From Lingula anatina (Eukaryota; Animalia; Brachiopoda): a stretch of 64,000 bases of DNA. Shown here in pieces: positions 26,126 to 37,569 of the stretch; position 1 is the stretch's first letter; each line of letters starts with the position of its first letter. The translations under genes and the position numbers were made by a program. Location: assembly GCA_051362555.1 (NCBI GenBank), contig CM120644.1, forward strand, positions 12,608,567-12,672,566. The letters run 5' to 3'. The notes beneath the pieces were generated by a model. The model was not told the DNA's origin and ran no database searches. It worked only from the letters and a program-made list of their open reading frames with translations.

Positions 26126-27627
26126 TACACACATACATACATACACACACACAAACTGTATAAATTTTACTAGTAGTTCAAAACCCGTCTAAGTGTGACA
26201 TCTGTTACATTACTTAAGCTTTATGATCATACTCCTCTCCACCTTGGCAGCCTTAACATTCAGTGCAACACTTTCTGCCAACTTAATGAGGAAGCTGTTT
26301 AGCTCATAAATGTGGCAACCTTTTTTATCAGTTCATATTTTGTTAACCCTGACTACAAATTTACCGATCCTCACACAATCAGCCAGACTTCCTTTAATTC
26401 TGAGCAATAAAACTGGAGTACTGTAGATAGTTCAAGGGCACAAGCTACATTTAAATTTACAATAAAATGCTTTCTTTTTAAAATTCATTTTCATTAAGTC
26501 TACTAGTATATCAATGTGTATTGCAAATTATGCTTTTTAATTGTTTATAATCCATTACAATCCCTTTTAACTCCAGGCTTGGTCAATATTATACATATAC
26601 AAACATTTCAATATTTTACCCTTGAAGTTAAATTGGCTCCTCTTGATCAGATACTGCTCATCATACATAAATATTCAAACATAAGTGTCATTAATCTGAC
26701 ACACTGAATTCACAGTGTAAGTTAACAGACATACATCTAAATAACTTACCTAAGTATATATAGAGTAATTCTTCTATTCCTCTCAACAGCCAAAGTAAAA
26801 AAAATCCAATAATCCCGTACTGTTCACAATAGACATAAACTGATGAATCTGAAAAATCTGTTTGCTTTACACTCCAACACTTATCTTACTCACAGTCACA
26901 GACCAAAACAGAAATATGGTTTGTTATATAAGAGTTTATAAGTTTCCTAAAGTTTATAGTTCTAGATGATGTGCTCTTGATGGCCACTGAGATGAAGATC
27001 AGACGAGAACATTGGAGAAAGCTGTCACGCTGTGATGAGACAATCTTACTAATGACTGTCCCCTGCAGGTGAAATTGCCACGGAACAGGAAATGACATTC
27101 TTACATGGAGTAATGTTTTTTCTTTAATTTTCACTCCCACATGAGTCCTGTTTCAATAAATAACAATTACTACAATTTATAGCATGTTAAAACTGATATA
27201 AAAACAAAACTACTAGTAGGTGTTTTTAACTTGAAGAACTGCATCTAAAAATCAAAGATTTCAAACATGACTTCAAGATGTAATCTCTAACATTGGAAAA
27301 GAGGAGGAGGAGAGAGAGAGTTTAGTTTAGTTTAACTCACACACTGTTCCAACTTAAACCCAGTCTGAACGTTGTATGAGGGTCTTTTTCACCTGACTGT
27401 TCATTTCACCACATGAAATTTATTTAGCTGAATGACTATAACCTCACGTGGTGTGGTTAACTGGTAGTCATGCTCTAAATATGTTCATCTTAAATACTAG
27501 TACTTAATTTTTCCTTCTCTGTGAATACCTTTTCTGTTCATAGAACTGTATGTATGATGATTGATTTGTGGTGATATTAGGTGGTGACAAATCTACAGTG
27601 TAGCCGTGCTACTGTGGGGTGGAGGTG

Positions 27628-27720
27628 CTGTCATGTGACTGGATGCTGTGATCATGTGACATGTGCAGTCATGTGACTGGATGTTGTGATCATGTGACAG
27701 AAGGTTCAGCCATGTGACTG
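27628..27720. repeat. CATGTGACTGGATGCTGTGAT minisatellite interrupted by a transposon
   Basis: CATGTGAC is repeated 5 times, and the array resumes at 29047 (GACTGGATGCTGTTATCATGTGG). Confidence 0.75.
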
Positions 27721-29046
27721 CAGTGTTTCCCCTGCACTTAAATGAGCGAGGCGCCCGCCTCGATGATATTTGCAAGCGCCTCGCTGAAATTTGTCAAAAG
27801 CACCGCCTCGCTGGACTATATGGAACAACAAAGTATATTTTCACTCATGCTAACTGAAAATTATATTTATTTCTAAGCAAATATGGCATTTTCTGTTTAC
27901 ATACGTAATCCCATGCTTCTGAGCACTTGATTTAGTAGTAACGGAAAGACGCATGCGCGTATGCCTAAAATAACCAGCAGTTACTGTCTCCCTGTGAGTG
28001 CCTCGTTTTCGCAGTTCTGTGCCTTATTTGAAGTATAAGAAACAGAGCGAAACGAGGCAACTGTTCTTGACACCATTTAATCACGTGTCAAGAATACACT
28101 TTCTCTATCACTTCATGTTCCGAAATTCAGACCGCCTGTTGTTTGTTTTTATAGTTTACGAATATTCACTGATAAAAAGGAGTAAATAAAGTGGACTTCG
28201 TTGATTTTATAAACTTAGAGAAGATTTTCTATTGATTTACGGGTGAGTTTTGTGAAAGCAGTAGCGTTGTAAAACTGGGTCACGTCAGTATTTCGCGTGG
28301 AAACCTATGCATTGAATATGAATTTCCATGACTGAATAGAACCATATAAATGAATAAACGAAGAACTAAAATTGATGATAAGTGTGATTTTCATCTCTTT
28401 AATTCCGAAGCATTCATTTAACGGTGTTTGAAGTTGTTGATTATAAATTACATCTCAAACTACGTATAACTAGTAGCGGGAGTCGCTTTGCGCTGAAAGA
28501 CAAGAGAGAGAACTTTTGCGGCAGTTTTATATTAGGATGAAGCGCTCCCACACGCAAAGTCAATTGACCAGTTACTTTCACAAGAATGTGAAAACGGTAA
28601 AAACAACATATTTTATCAACTTTTTGGTCAATTTAAAAATAATTCAATGTAGTAAGCCCTTTTTCCCGTTTCTTGTAAGTATTAAAGTAGTTAACTTTTT
28701 TTTTTTTTTTTTGAAAGTATTAACTTTTTTTTTTTTTTTTTTTTTGAAAGAGTATGTTCTATAAACTGAAAAGGACTAAAATGAGTGAATGCACAGACTG
28801 GAAAATAAATTTTGTCCAAACCTTTGTTATGTCATTACTGAATTTACTCCTCAAAACATCTAAAACAAGACAATTCAGTGCCACATAAAATGTAAAAAAA
28901 ATCAGTTCTAAATACCCTAAAATGCACCAAATTGCACCTTGATTTAAAAAATTTTCCGGGGGGGCATGCCCCCGGACCCCCCTAGTATTGCTGGGATCGC
29001 GGACTGCCTACCACCTCGCAGAGCTTGAAAGCCAGGGGAAACACTG
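27721..29046. mobile_element. 1326-bp non-autonomous DNA transposon with hAT-like termini and a 5-bp TSD
   Basis: Perfect 14-bp TIR CAGTGTTTCCCCTG / CAGGGGAAACACTG; GACTG duplicated at 27716-27720 and 29047-29051; subterminal palindrome CCGGGGG(GG)CATGCCCCCGG. Confidence 0.85.
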
Positions 29047-29177
29047 GACTGGATGCTGTTATCATGTGGCAGCAGGGTATCAAATGGTGGAGTAGGGGGG
29101 TAGTGTCTGTACTTCCATAATTATTTGCTTGAAACCTTATGTAAACATTTTCAATGCATAAATAATAAATGTGTGCG

Positions 29178-29180
<3 letters not shown>

Positions 29181-29222
<42 letters not shown>
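29181..29222. repeat. (GA)n microsatellite
   Basis: Visible directly. A compound (CT)n(CA)n tract is at ~26080-26152. Confidence 0.9.
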
Positions 29223-29225
<3 letters not shown>

Positions 29226-31782
29226 TGAGAGAGAGGAAGAAAAGAGATTACACTGCACTCTGTTTACTCCAAATTGCCAAAAGTTAATATAATTCTACTT
29301 TATCTTAATGATCATTTTCACTTGCCAGCCTCTCTTTCTCTCGGGAGGAATAAATAAATATATCATGTCACATAATGGCTCTTGTTTAAATTCATGTTCT
29401 TTACATAACAAATGCAGCACTTCTTTCAAAATAATTCACCCATAAAAAGAAGAGCCAGGCATTCTGCACTCCATGATCTGTAACATCTGATATCTTATTC
29501 TTTCGCAGACTGAAAGAACAAGATCATATTTGTAAACTACTAGTACGCGGCCTTTTTTTTTTTTTGTCTAACAGCATGTTAAACCTTACTGCTTTAATAT
29601 TGTTTTCTTTTTTTTTTTCATCAAACTGTTTTATTTGCTCATTTTGCAGCCAATATTCCTATTTACCTGGAAAACCTACCTACGCCACCAGTTACCCACG
29701 TCAGTAGTAGAAGTGGGCTAATCACCTGACTGCTGCACCTCCTGCCTCACCTGGCAGTTACTAGTACTAGTAAACACACTGAGTGGATCTTCCTCACTCT
29801 ATGCTCTTTATGCCAATAACATTATACTGAGTGCTTTGGAGATAGGACAAGGTTATATATATTATATATATATTTTGTTACAGATGGAAATCCTAAGAGA
29901 AGATTCTAACAAGGGCATCTACGACTAAAGACTGGTTTAAACTTTAAAACCATATTTTAATGTATTTTGACAAAACATAAATTAGTGTTTAGTCCATATA
30001 TGAGTTACTGAACCACTTTAGCCTTTAAAAGTTAATAGGACCTGCAGCGAATATGGCCTCAATTTGCAAAATGTTATATTAATTCAATCACCTATAAACC
30101 AGTTTGGCTGCACTACAGGTAAAAACATTTTTATTTTGGTAAACTACTGCCTAATTTTTCCTGCACAGAACTTAACCAAAAATTTCCAGTTTTAATTATA
30201 TCTTCTATTTTATTTAAGTAGGTGTTTGAATACCATAAAAATTCTTCTAGGACACCACCCTATGCACCATCCAGAGGCCGTCTTGTAACCAAGAATACAA
30301 ATCCCCCCTCACTATCAACCCCAGCCCCCATCATGTTCTTTCAAATTCAAACCATGCGTAGTTGAAGACACTGGGTAATTTTCTTACCAAAAGGTCACAT
30401 GAACTTTACTGCTACTTTTTAATGTGACATGCCCATTTCGCATGAACATCAAAACAAAAATCAAAAGCATAACAATAAGTTGTTTTTGGTCACTGATACA
30501 CTAACAGAGGACATACATATTATATTTTCCCCTTGTATAATTATTATTATTAAAAAAAAAAAAAAAAACATTTTTAACCTAACCTGAACCTATGTATACA
30601 ATTTGTGAGCTGCTGCAATATTAGTATGTACTTGAGAAACAGGTTCTGAATCAAGGACACATACCCTTTGAATATCAAAATAAAATTAATTTTGATGCAA
30701 ATAGACTGATTTGAGACTAAACTGCATCAGCAAAGGATCCAATTAGTAGTACTGTGACAATGATGTTAAGTGCTAGCTATAGTTAAGTGTTTGTTGCCCA
30801 GTTCAGTGAAACGTCTTCCTAGACTCACCTACTAGTATGTGATCAATTAAATCCCACTTTAAAGCTTTTAATTATTACTAAAATAGTTCTTGACAGCTTG
30901 TGCAAATTAAAGACATCAAAATGAGACTGATTATAATTTAATGGCTGGTAATTCAGATTGACCAATCTATGATAAAAGATCTTAACCAGGCAAGGTTGAA
31001 CAAAACCTATTCTTGAGGTCCACCTTACATACTATCACTTCCTCCCCAGTTAATTTGTCTATGGCGTGACTGGTGACAATATGGCAGAATGTGTCAGCGT
31101 GAGCTGTTTAGTTGTTTTAAAATATGAATCACAAGCAGATGCTGTACAGACCCAACTAAAACATGTCCTCTTCCAGTTGCAATTGCCAATACCAAGAGAA
31201 AGTGCAACAAAAAATTCACTTAAATTGTACCAGTTCATGATTCGTTTTCTGATGGAAAGTGAAGAGTAAAATGGAAAACAGAATGTAAATCCATGTTCGT
31301 TCATATGATAGTGTGTGTCTGTCAGAATAACCAGGTGTGTGTTAGTGTGTATGTGTCTGAATGAACATGTTCAAACATGCATGTTGAAGAGCAGGGGAGA
31401 GAGGGGGTAGCTAATATTTATGAAAATACTCACAGATAAAATTTAATAGGGGGAGGTAATATACATATAGCAACATACCATCAGGGATAACCCACCTCTC
31501 AGACTACGTAATTTATCACACAACTTCAGATATGTGAAAGAAACTATTACAGTAATCCCTCTATTTGGTTTTCGTTCAGGTCCAGATAGATGGTTGTCTG
31601 GAAAAGATGACTCATAATACCATACCCACCCTATGTGGCCTAGGGGACCTTACTATATCAAGTATGGCAGGTGTAAATTTTAAATGCCATTTGGGTTTAT
31701 AAACTTTGCAATCATGAAAATACATTGTTAATTCCTGAAAGACTTAGGAGACCAAGGCAATTGTGTGCGTGCATGTGTGTGT

Positions 31783-31813
<31 letters not shown>

Positions 31814-32710
31814 GGGGGAGGAGTCTCAGAACACAAGAACATCCTAACAGATATAAACTTAAATTTATAACAAATAGCACTCCCAAAGCTAATATATCCT
31901 TTGAAACCTCTAGCATTTCATGCGCACTGTCATTAAATAAATAAAATAAATATCCTTAACGCACGTGCCACTCCACTCCAATCTCATACTTCAACAGTAT
32001 ATATACAATTCACTTTATAGTCCCTATCCCAATAAAGCACAATGACAGTGACAAGTGCATGAAGTCACATGTATATGTGAAAAATTTTTATATCCTTTAT
32101 TTTAAAACCTTCCCAAAACAGCTTGCAATACTTCAATTTAATTCACACTTTAATCTTATTTTTTTTTAAAAATCTGCATACAGGTACTCTATGCTCATGA
32201 GGTTAACCAAGGCAGTGTATGGCTTGCATACTGATGACTTAATGTCACCCTTTAACGTCACCTTCACAATAACCATTATACAGCAGTGACGCAAAACCTA
32301 GGCGTTATGAATAGCTTGGGCTTCACAAACTGTCAACCATATACTCCCTTCAATAACTGAACAGAATTTATTTCAAACTTGATTATTTGGGTTATGTTTA
32401 AATCAACTTTAAAAACAGTCGAATATTTGTCTTGTCATTCAAGTAATTTAACGCCCGTATTTTATAAGGTCACTCACACTCACACTCTACTCACACTCAA
32501 CTGAGTTTCACTCAAGTGTGGCTGAAGAGTAACTCAAGTGTGAGTGTGAGTGTGATCTCAATAAAATGAGTGACTACTCACACTCATTGAATGATACATG
32601 TGTTCACTTTCACTAAGCTCACTCAACTGTGACTCAGTTAAGTGACACTTGAGTAATAGTTCCTTGTATTGAGTGTGCACATCACTTTAGTCAGTCTGAC
32701 TGCAGTCACC

Positions 32711-33505
32711 ATGTCCAGACAATAATTCTCTGAGCTAGAGAAGTCTCTACTGACTGAATTAGTGGACAAAAACAAATCCGTTCGGGAATGTAAAAAAAAA
32801 ATGACTTCAAAATGATCAAGCAGAAAAACGATACATGGGAAAGCTTGTCAGAGGAGTTCAACTCGCAAAGTGGGGTGAAGAAACGGGACAGTAAGCAACT
32901 AAAAAATGCTGGGGAAATATAAAATCTCGGGCTAAGAAGTCTATTGCAAAGGAAAAGAGGGAAGCAAAGCTGACTGGTGGCGGTCGAAGTAGTGTTGCGG
33001 ATGAAACTGCCTCTGCTGTAGCAGCCATTATACCATCACAGATCGACAGTTTGTCCAACCCCTATGATGATGACAATGTGGAGCAAGGTATTTATTCGTA
33101 GTAGTTACCTAGAATGCTGTTAATTATTACTGCTATTGATGATATTGTAATCGCCTGTATAAATAGATTGTCATATTTTCCGCACACTATTAAGTTATTT
33201 GAATGTATATGACAAAGTATAACTGTAAAATGGTTACTTTATTGCAATACTTCATTACAGATAAACAAGATGCTGTACGCGACGATCAGCATGACATTCA
33301 ACATGATAGCCATGTTGATGATGAACCCACTCCATCAACTGTCACTATTACAGATCTAGATGAGACTGGAAAGCAACCCACTTCATCCACTCCGCCGGTC
33401 AGGAAAACCCAGGCCACTCCTGCTCAATCCCGATGCTTGGCAATGCAGCAAGAACAACACCGTGCTGTATTATGGTACGTCTGGCTGCATTGCCCAATCC
33501 TCTAG
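32711..33505 (+). pseudogene. Harbinger Myb/SANT-like (trihelix) DNA-binding protein, disrupted
   Basis: MSRQ*FSELEKSLLTELVDKNK...KQKNDTWESLSEEFNSQSGVKKRDSKQL..CWGNIKSRAKK..AKEKREAKLTGGG. It has a TAA at codon 5, frameshifts in two A-runs (~32792, ~32902) and a GT-AG intron at 33088-33260. Confidence 0.85.
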
Positions 33506-34487
33506 CTGGAACAGGAAACTGTGCTACAACTTGGTTCGGTGCATTCTGTGGAGGTGGCTCATCCATGGGGTCATTCCTGGCTCTTACAAAGTTATACAGA
33601 GTTGCTGTGGCGATAATGATGGTCAAAGTGGTCTGTAGTTTTGTGCGAAGGGACATGCTGAGGCAGGGAAACAAGCGTTTCCATGTACCAAACATTCGTT
33701 CAACTGTGTTTCGGGTACGTATCTGAGAAGCATTGTAACTACGCTCTGGCCTTGTAAGTGGGTTTATTATTGGAGTCATCATATATAGACGACACGCGTA
33801 ACCCCCATCGCCTAGCAGAATACCTTCTGTATCCCCTCTTTCAAGTTGTGCACACAGACGACTGTTGTCAAATATTCGTGCATCATGTACACTACCAGGC
33901 CACAGGGCCACGATATGCAACATCTCCAAATTGTAACCACATACAGCCTGAACGTTGATAGAGAAGTAGCCCTTCCGGTTTCTGTACAGTTCTGCATCCA
34001 CACCACCTGGAGATGGTATTTTGATGTGAGTGCAGTCGATAGCACCCACAACGCCTGGAAAACAGGCTATCCTCCAAAATCCTAGCTTCATATTTTGAAG
34101 TTCTTGTCCTTCAGGAAACCGTATGAATTGTGGTTTAAGCGAAGCAATACCTTCTGATACTCTTTTGATGATACGACTTGCAGATGACTGGGAAATGTCA
34201 CAGAGATCTCCACAAGCCATCTGGAAGGTGCCAGTGGCATAGAAACGCAGTGTAAGTAGCAGCTGTATATCTGCAGGGATTGGATTGCCTCTTTCATTAT
34301 GAGGGGCTATCATTGGTATTACCAAACGCAACAATTCCTGGAAGGCGTCTTTCGTCAGTCTGTAACGTCTTCTGAACTCTTCGTCAGTATACTTTTCATA
34401 GTCAAAATTGTACTCTCTTCGCACTTGACCGCCAACATGTTGTAATCTATTATTGTCTTCTATTCTATTTAGCCACACATCCGCCAT
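33399..34487 (-). CDS. Harbinger DDE transposase (HARBI1-like, DDE_Tnp_4), ~362 aa
   Basis: Uninterrupted ORF from ATG 34487: EEFRRRYRLTK, LLLTLRFYATG (HTH region), GAIDCTHI, NRKGYFSINVQAVC, WPGSVHDARIF, LLGDGGY, RNTVERMFGTWKRLF. Confidence 0.95.
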   Translation of the reverse strand: MADVWLNRIEDNNRLQHVGGQVRREYNFDYEKYTDEEFRRRYRLTKDAFQELLRLVIPMIAPHNERGNPIPADIQLLLTLRFYATGTFQMACGDLCDISQSSASRIIKRVSEGIASLKPQFIRFPEGQELQNMKLGFWRIACFPGVVGAIDCTHIKIPSPGGVDAELYRNRKGYFSINVQAVCGYNLEMLHIVALWPGSVHDARIFDNSRLCAQLERGDTEGILLGDGGYACRLYMMTPIINPLTRPERSYNASQIRTRNTVERMFGTWKRLFPCLSMSLRTKLQTTLTIIIATATLYNFVRARNDPMDEPPPQNAPNQVVAQFPVPARGLGNAARRTIIQHGVVLAALPSIGIEQEWPGFS

Positions 34488-35991
34488 TTTGGTAAACAAA
34501 CATTGAACTGAGTGAATGTTGAGGGAGGTGTACCACACACTCAACCATCACTCAAAATTAATAACTTGAATGAGTGTGAGTGAGGTCTGTGAAAGGTTCA
34601 AGTCTGAGGTAAACCTTTCACTCATTGAGTGTCAAGTGGCACTCTATGAGTGTGAGTGTGAGTGACCTTATAGAATACGGGCGTAAGACTTGTCACTGAT
34701 TTTGGCTTAATAGTTCCTGAACATTACTCTGGAGTGTCTACAAACAATATTATTATCTCAACAGTAGAAGTTTCAACAGGCTGTTGTTGTGATACTTTTC
34801 TTAGTTTACGATAATAAAGTGTCTTCGGTAAGAGACTAAATAAGCAGGAAGGGTGAACACTAGTACTTATAACTTTTAAATAAGTAGCATTTTTAATACT
34901 TAACTCATTTTTCACAACAAAATTAAAGTATTTCAATGTTCCATACTCCAGTAAAAAACTCAATGACTCAAACACTAAATCAGGCAAAGAGCTGATACAT
35001 TTTAACTAGGCCAATTTTTTAACAAACTGATTAGATAAGGTAATTCAATAGTCCAGGGGCACACGTTCAAGGTTAAATTTATCTGGAGACAAGTTTATTT
35101 TTCCAGGAAGCCTATTGATGATTGATATAGTTGAGTAGCAAATGCTCGCGTTTTTTTGTACAAAGATCTTATCATTATTTTTCTGCATTGATATCCACAT
35201 CACTACTTATAACAAGCAAAATCATTAAATTGAGAAAATAGTAAATGGTGACTATCTAAGTAAATAAAAACATATGCATCCTGGTTTGTATTTCTTCTGT
35301 GGCAGAAAATTTGGTTATCAGATTAAAATCTTTTCACTTTTCTCTTTAAATTATCATCGGCAAGGAAGGGATACTAGTAGTGATATTGGACAAAAAGATC
35401 TTTCTTCTTGAGAAACTTAATTGAATGGAAAATGAAAGCAGACTGTAACTTCGTGGTAAACAATTTGAAAAATAAAATCAATATATGTAAATTGAAGTGG
35501 AATATCCCAGATATGCTTTCAGATAGTGATTATTTGTTTTGATTCAAATGGTTCCATACAAATATGCTGATAAGCACAGCGTGTTAGATTTCAGACCACA
35601 ATGTTCAACTGTACTTTGACCGAATGAGAGGGGAATTCCATTTTATTTCAGCCACTTTTGGTTTACTGTCTAATTTTAGTAATTGGGTTTCTACGTTTCT
35701 AAGTGGACTACGTATATATATATCCTTATATTATTATATAACTTTTTATGTAATGGTGGTGGTTAAATACATGAGTATTTATTTATTTATTGGTATATTG
35801 ATATATTGAGTTGTGTTGTACAAAGGTGTGAGAATCAATAAAGAATCTGAATCTGGTTTCTTTTTCTCGCTGGTATGATTCTACTGCCTAAACCAGGATC
35901 TAAAAAAATTAGCGAAGAGACTTAATACCCCGAAGTCAAGCCGCACTAACCCAATAACATCACTGGTAAATTAAAACTGTAAACGTCTTAC

Positions 35992-36387
35992 CTGAAACAG
36001 CTTCAGAAAGCGCTTGAAAGCCTTGTATCGACAGCAGCAGTCTTGTAAGCGTTGTCACGAATAGCCCCGTCTGTATCGAAAGACCGTGACCTTGAACATG
36101 TATTTTTAAAAAGTGTTCTTTCAAAAATATTTTCGTCGATTTTTATAACCTAAAATGCATACTTCCTTCAATTAAAATATTTTAAATAAGCACAATCAAA
36201 ATCAACATAACTAGCAAATAAAATTCCAAATCTCGTGATGACGCTAACAAAGACGAGACTTAGAAACCAACATGTCTGCGCCCTTGGAGTGAACTGTTTT
36301 ACCTAGAGTCTGTGCAATTTCTTAAATTTTGATTGCACCCAAATGCCTTAGGTGGATATACGTGACTTTGAAATATCCCCTGGCAAT
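35992..36387. promoter_or_regulatory. Probable bidirectional promoter and 5' UTR exons shared by the DNAJB6-like gene (-) and CLP1 (+)
   Basis: Local CpG enrichment. A strong minus-strand donor CAG|GTAAGA at 35992/35991 could splice to the acceptor at 17333-17334, upstream of the DNAJB6 ATG. The CLP1 ATG is at 36388. The exon linkage is inference. Confidence 0.6.
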
Positions 36388-37538
36388 ATGGCAGAGGACA
36401 AAGGCGAAGTACGTTTTTAAAACACGTTTTAACATATATCTCATTGGCGGTGTAATGTCCACTATCGAAATCAAATGCGGCTCTTACCTTAGTTTTCAGT
36501 CTTACGATGTTTACATGCTCACGATACCCTTTCCAGTGGTTAGGGTACAGTGAGCATATAGGGCTGAAAACTTCTGCAAATGCAGCTCTCAATAAAACTA
36601 GTAACAGCAATGCACATTTGAGTTCAAATACAATAATTGTGAATGCATAATAATGCTTTAATGGACGGAAGACTGGGTTAAGTTTTAAATTAAATTATTG
36701 ATCGGTAAGGACCACCCTCAAAAATGAATGCATCTTCTTTTGTTTTTACTGTAGGATAAAGAAATGGTCACACACAAACTGGAACCAGACACAGAGCTAA
36801 GGTTTGAAGTAGAAGCAGGAGCAACTGTTCAGCTCGAGGTAATGGGTACTGATGCCATATGCCCCCCCCCCCCAAAAAAAAAAAAAAAAAAAAACTTAAT
36901 TAGTTAAATTTCAAATTTATTTGCGTGATGCCTTTGATCAATTTCTTTGTTACCTGTACATGAATTTTTGTAGCAATTTGCTGAACGAGTTGTAGTGATT
37001 TTTATTCAGAGCTATCATTTTGATGATTATTTTTTAAATTTTTAGCTCACAAAAGGTCTTGCAGAGGTGTTTGGCACAGAGCTAATTCTGAACAAGAAGT
37101 GTACATTTCAAGGAGGCTCCAAGCTTGCAGTGTACACCTTCCATGGCTGCACAGTCACTATATCCTTTGATAAGACAACTTTTAAATTGTTTTTCAAATA
37201 AAAAGAAGGAGACTTTGATTAAAGGCGTGTCTGAAAGGTAATGGAGCTGTTGTCATTTCAATTCCAACCAACAAATTGCTTGGTTTCCACTTGAAGGTAA
37301 TCTCCTTTGAAACTAATATGTTTTTGAGTTTATGATGACCTCCTTTGAGCAAGAAGCCATGTTAAATTATTATTGTCCCTTTTCCATCCATATCTAAGAC
37401 TGCACAATCATTCCTGATAATTAAAAAGGCAGACCTTGTATGTATATTTTGCATTAGGTGATTCTTTATTTTTCCTGGAGAGTGGTTAATTATGTACAGA
37501 CACAGATGTGTCTGTACATATAGCCATCATCTGCGTCT

Positions 37539-37569
<31 letters not shown>

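Larger units (their letters stand above)
32452..34683. mobile_element. PIF/Harbinger DNA transposon, 2232 bp, with two convergent genes
   Basis: 36-bp TIRs CGCCCGTATT(T/C)TATAAGGTCACTCACACTCACACTC with 1 mismatch; TAA TSD at 32449-32451 and 34684-34686; many subterminal CACTCA/TGAGTG motifs. Encodes a DDE transposase and a Myb/SANT-like gene. Confidence 0.97.

Noticed and set aside
33360-34297. Several short ORFs overlapping the Harbinger transposase
   Set aside because: They are alternative-frame or antisense shadows of the transposase ORF.
33399-34487. Domesticated host gene HARBI1
   Set aside because: The ORF sits between intact TIRs with a TAA TSD and a Myb partner, so it is a transposon copy.
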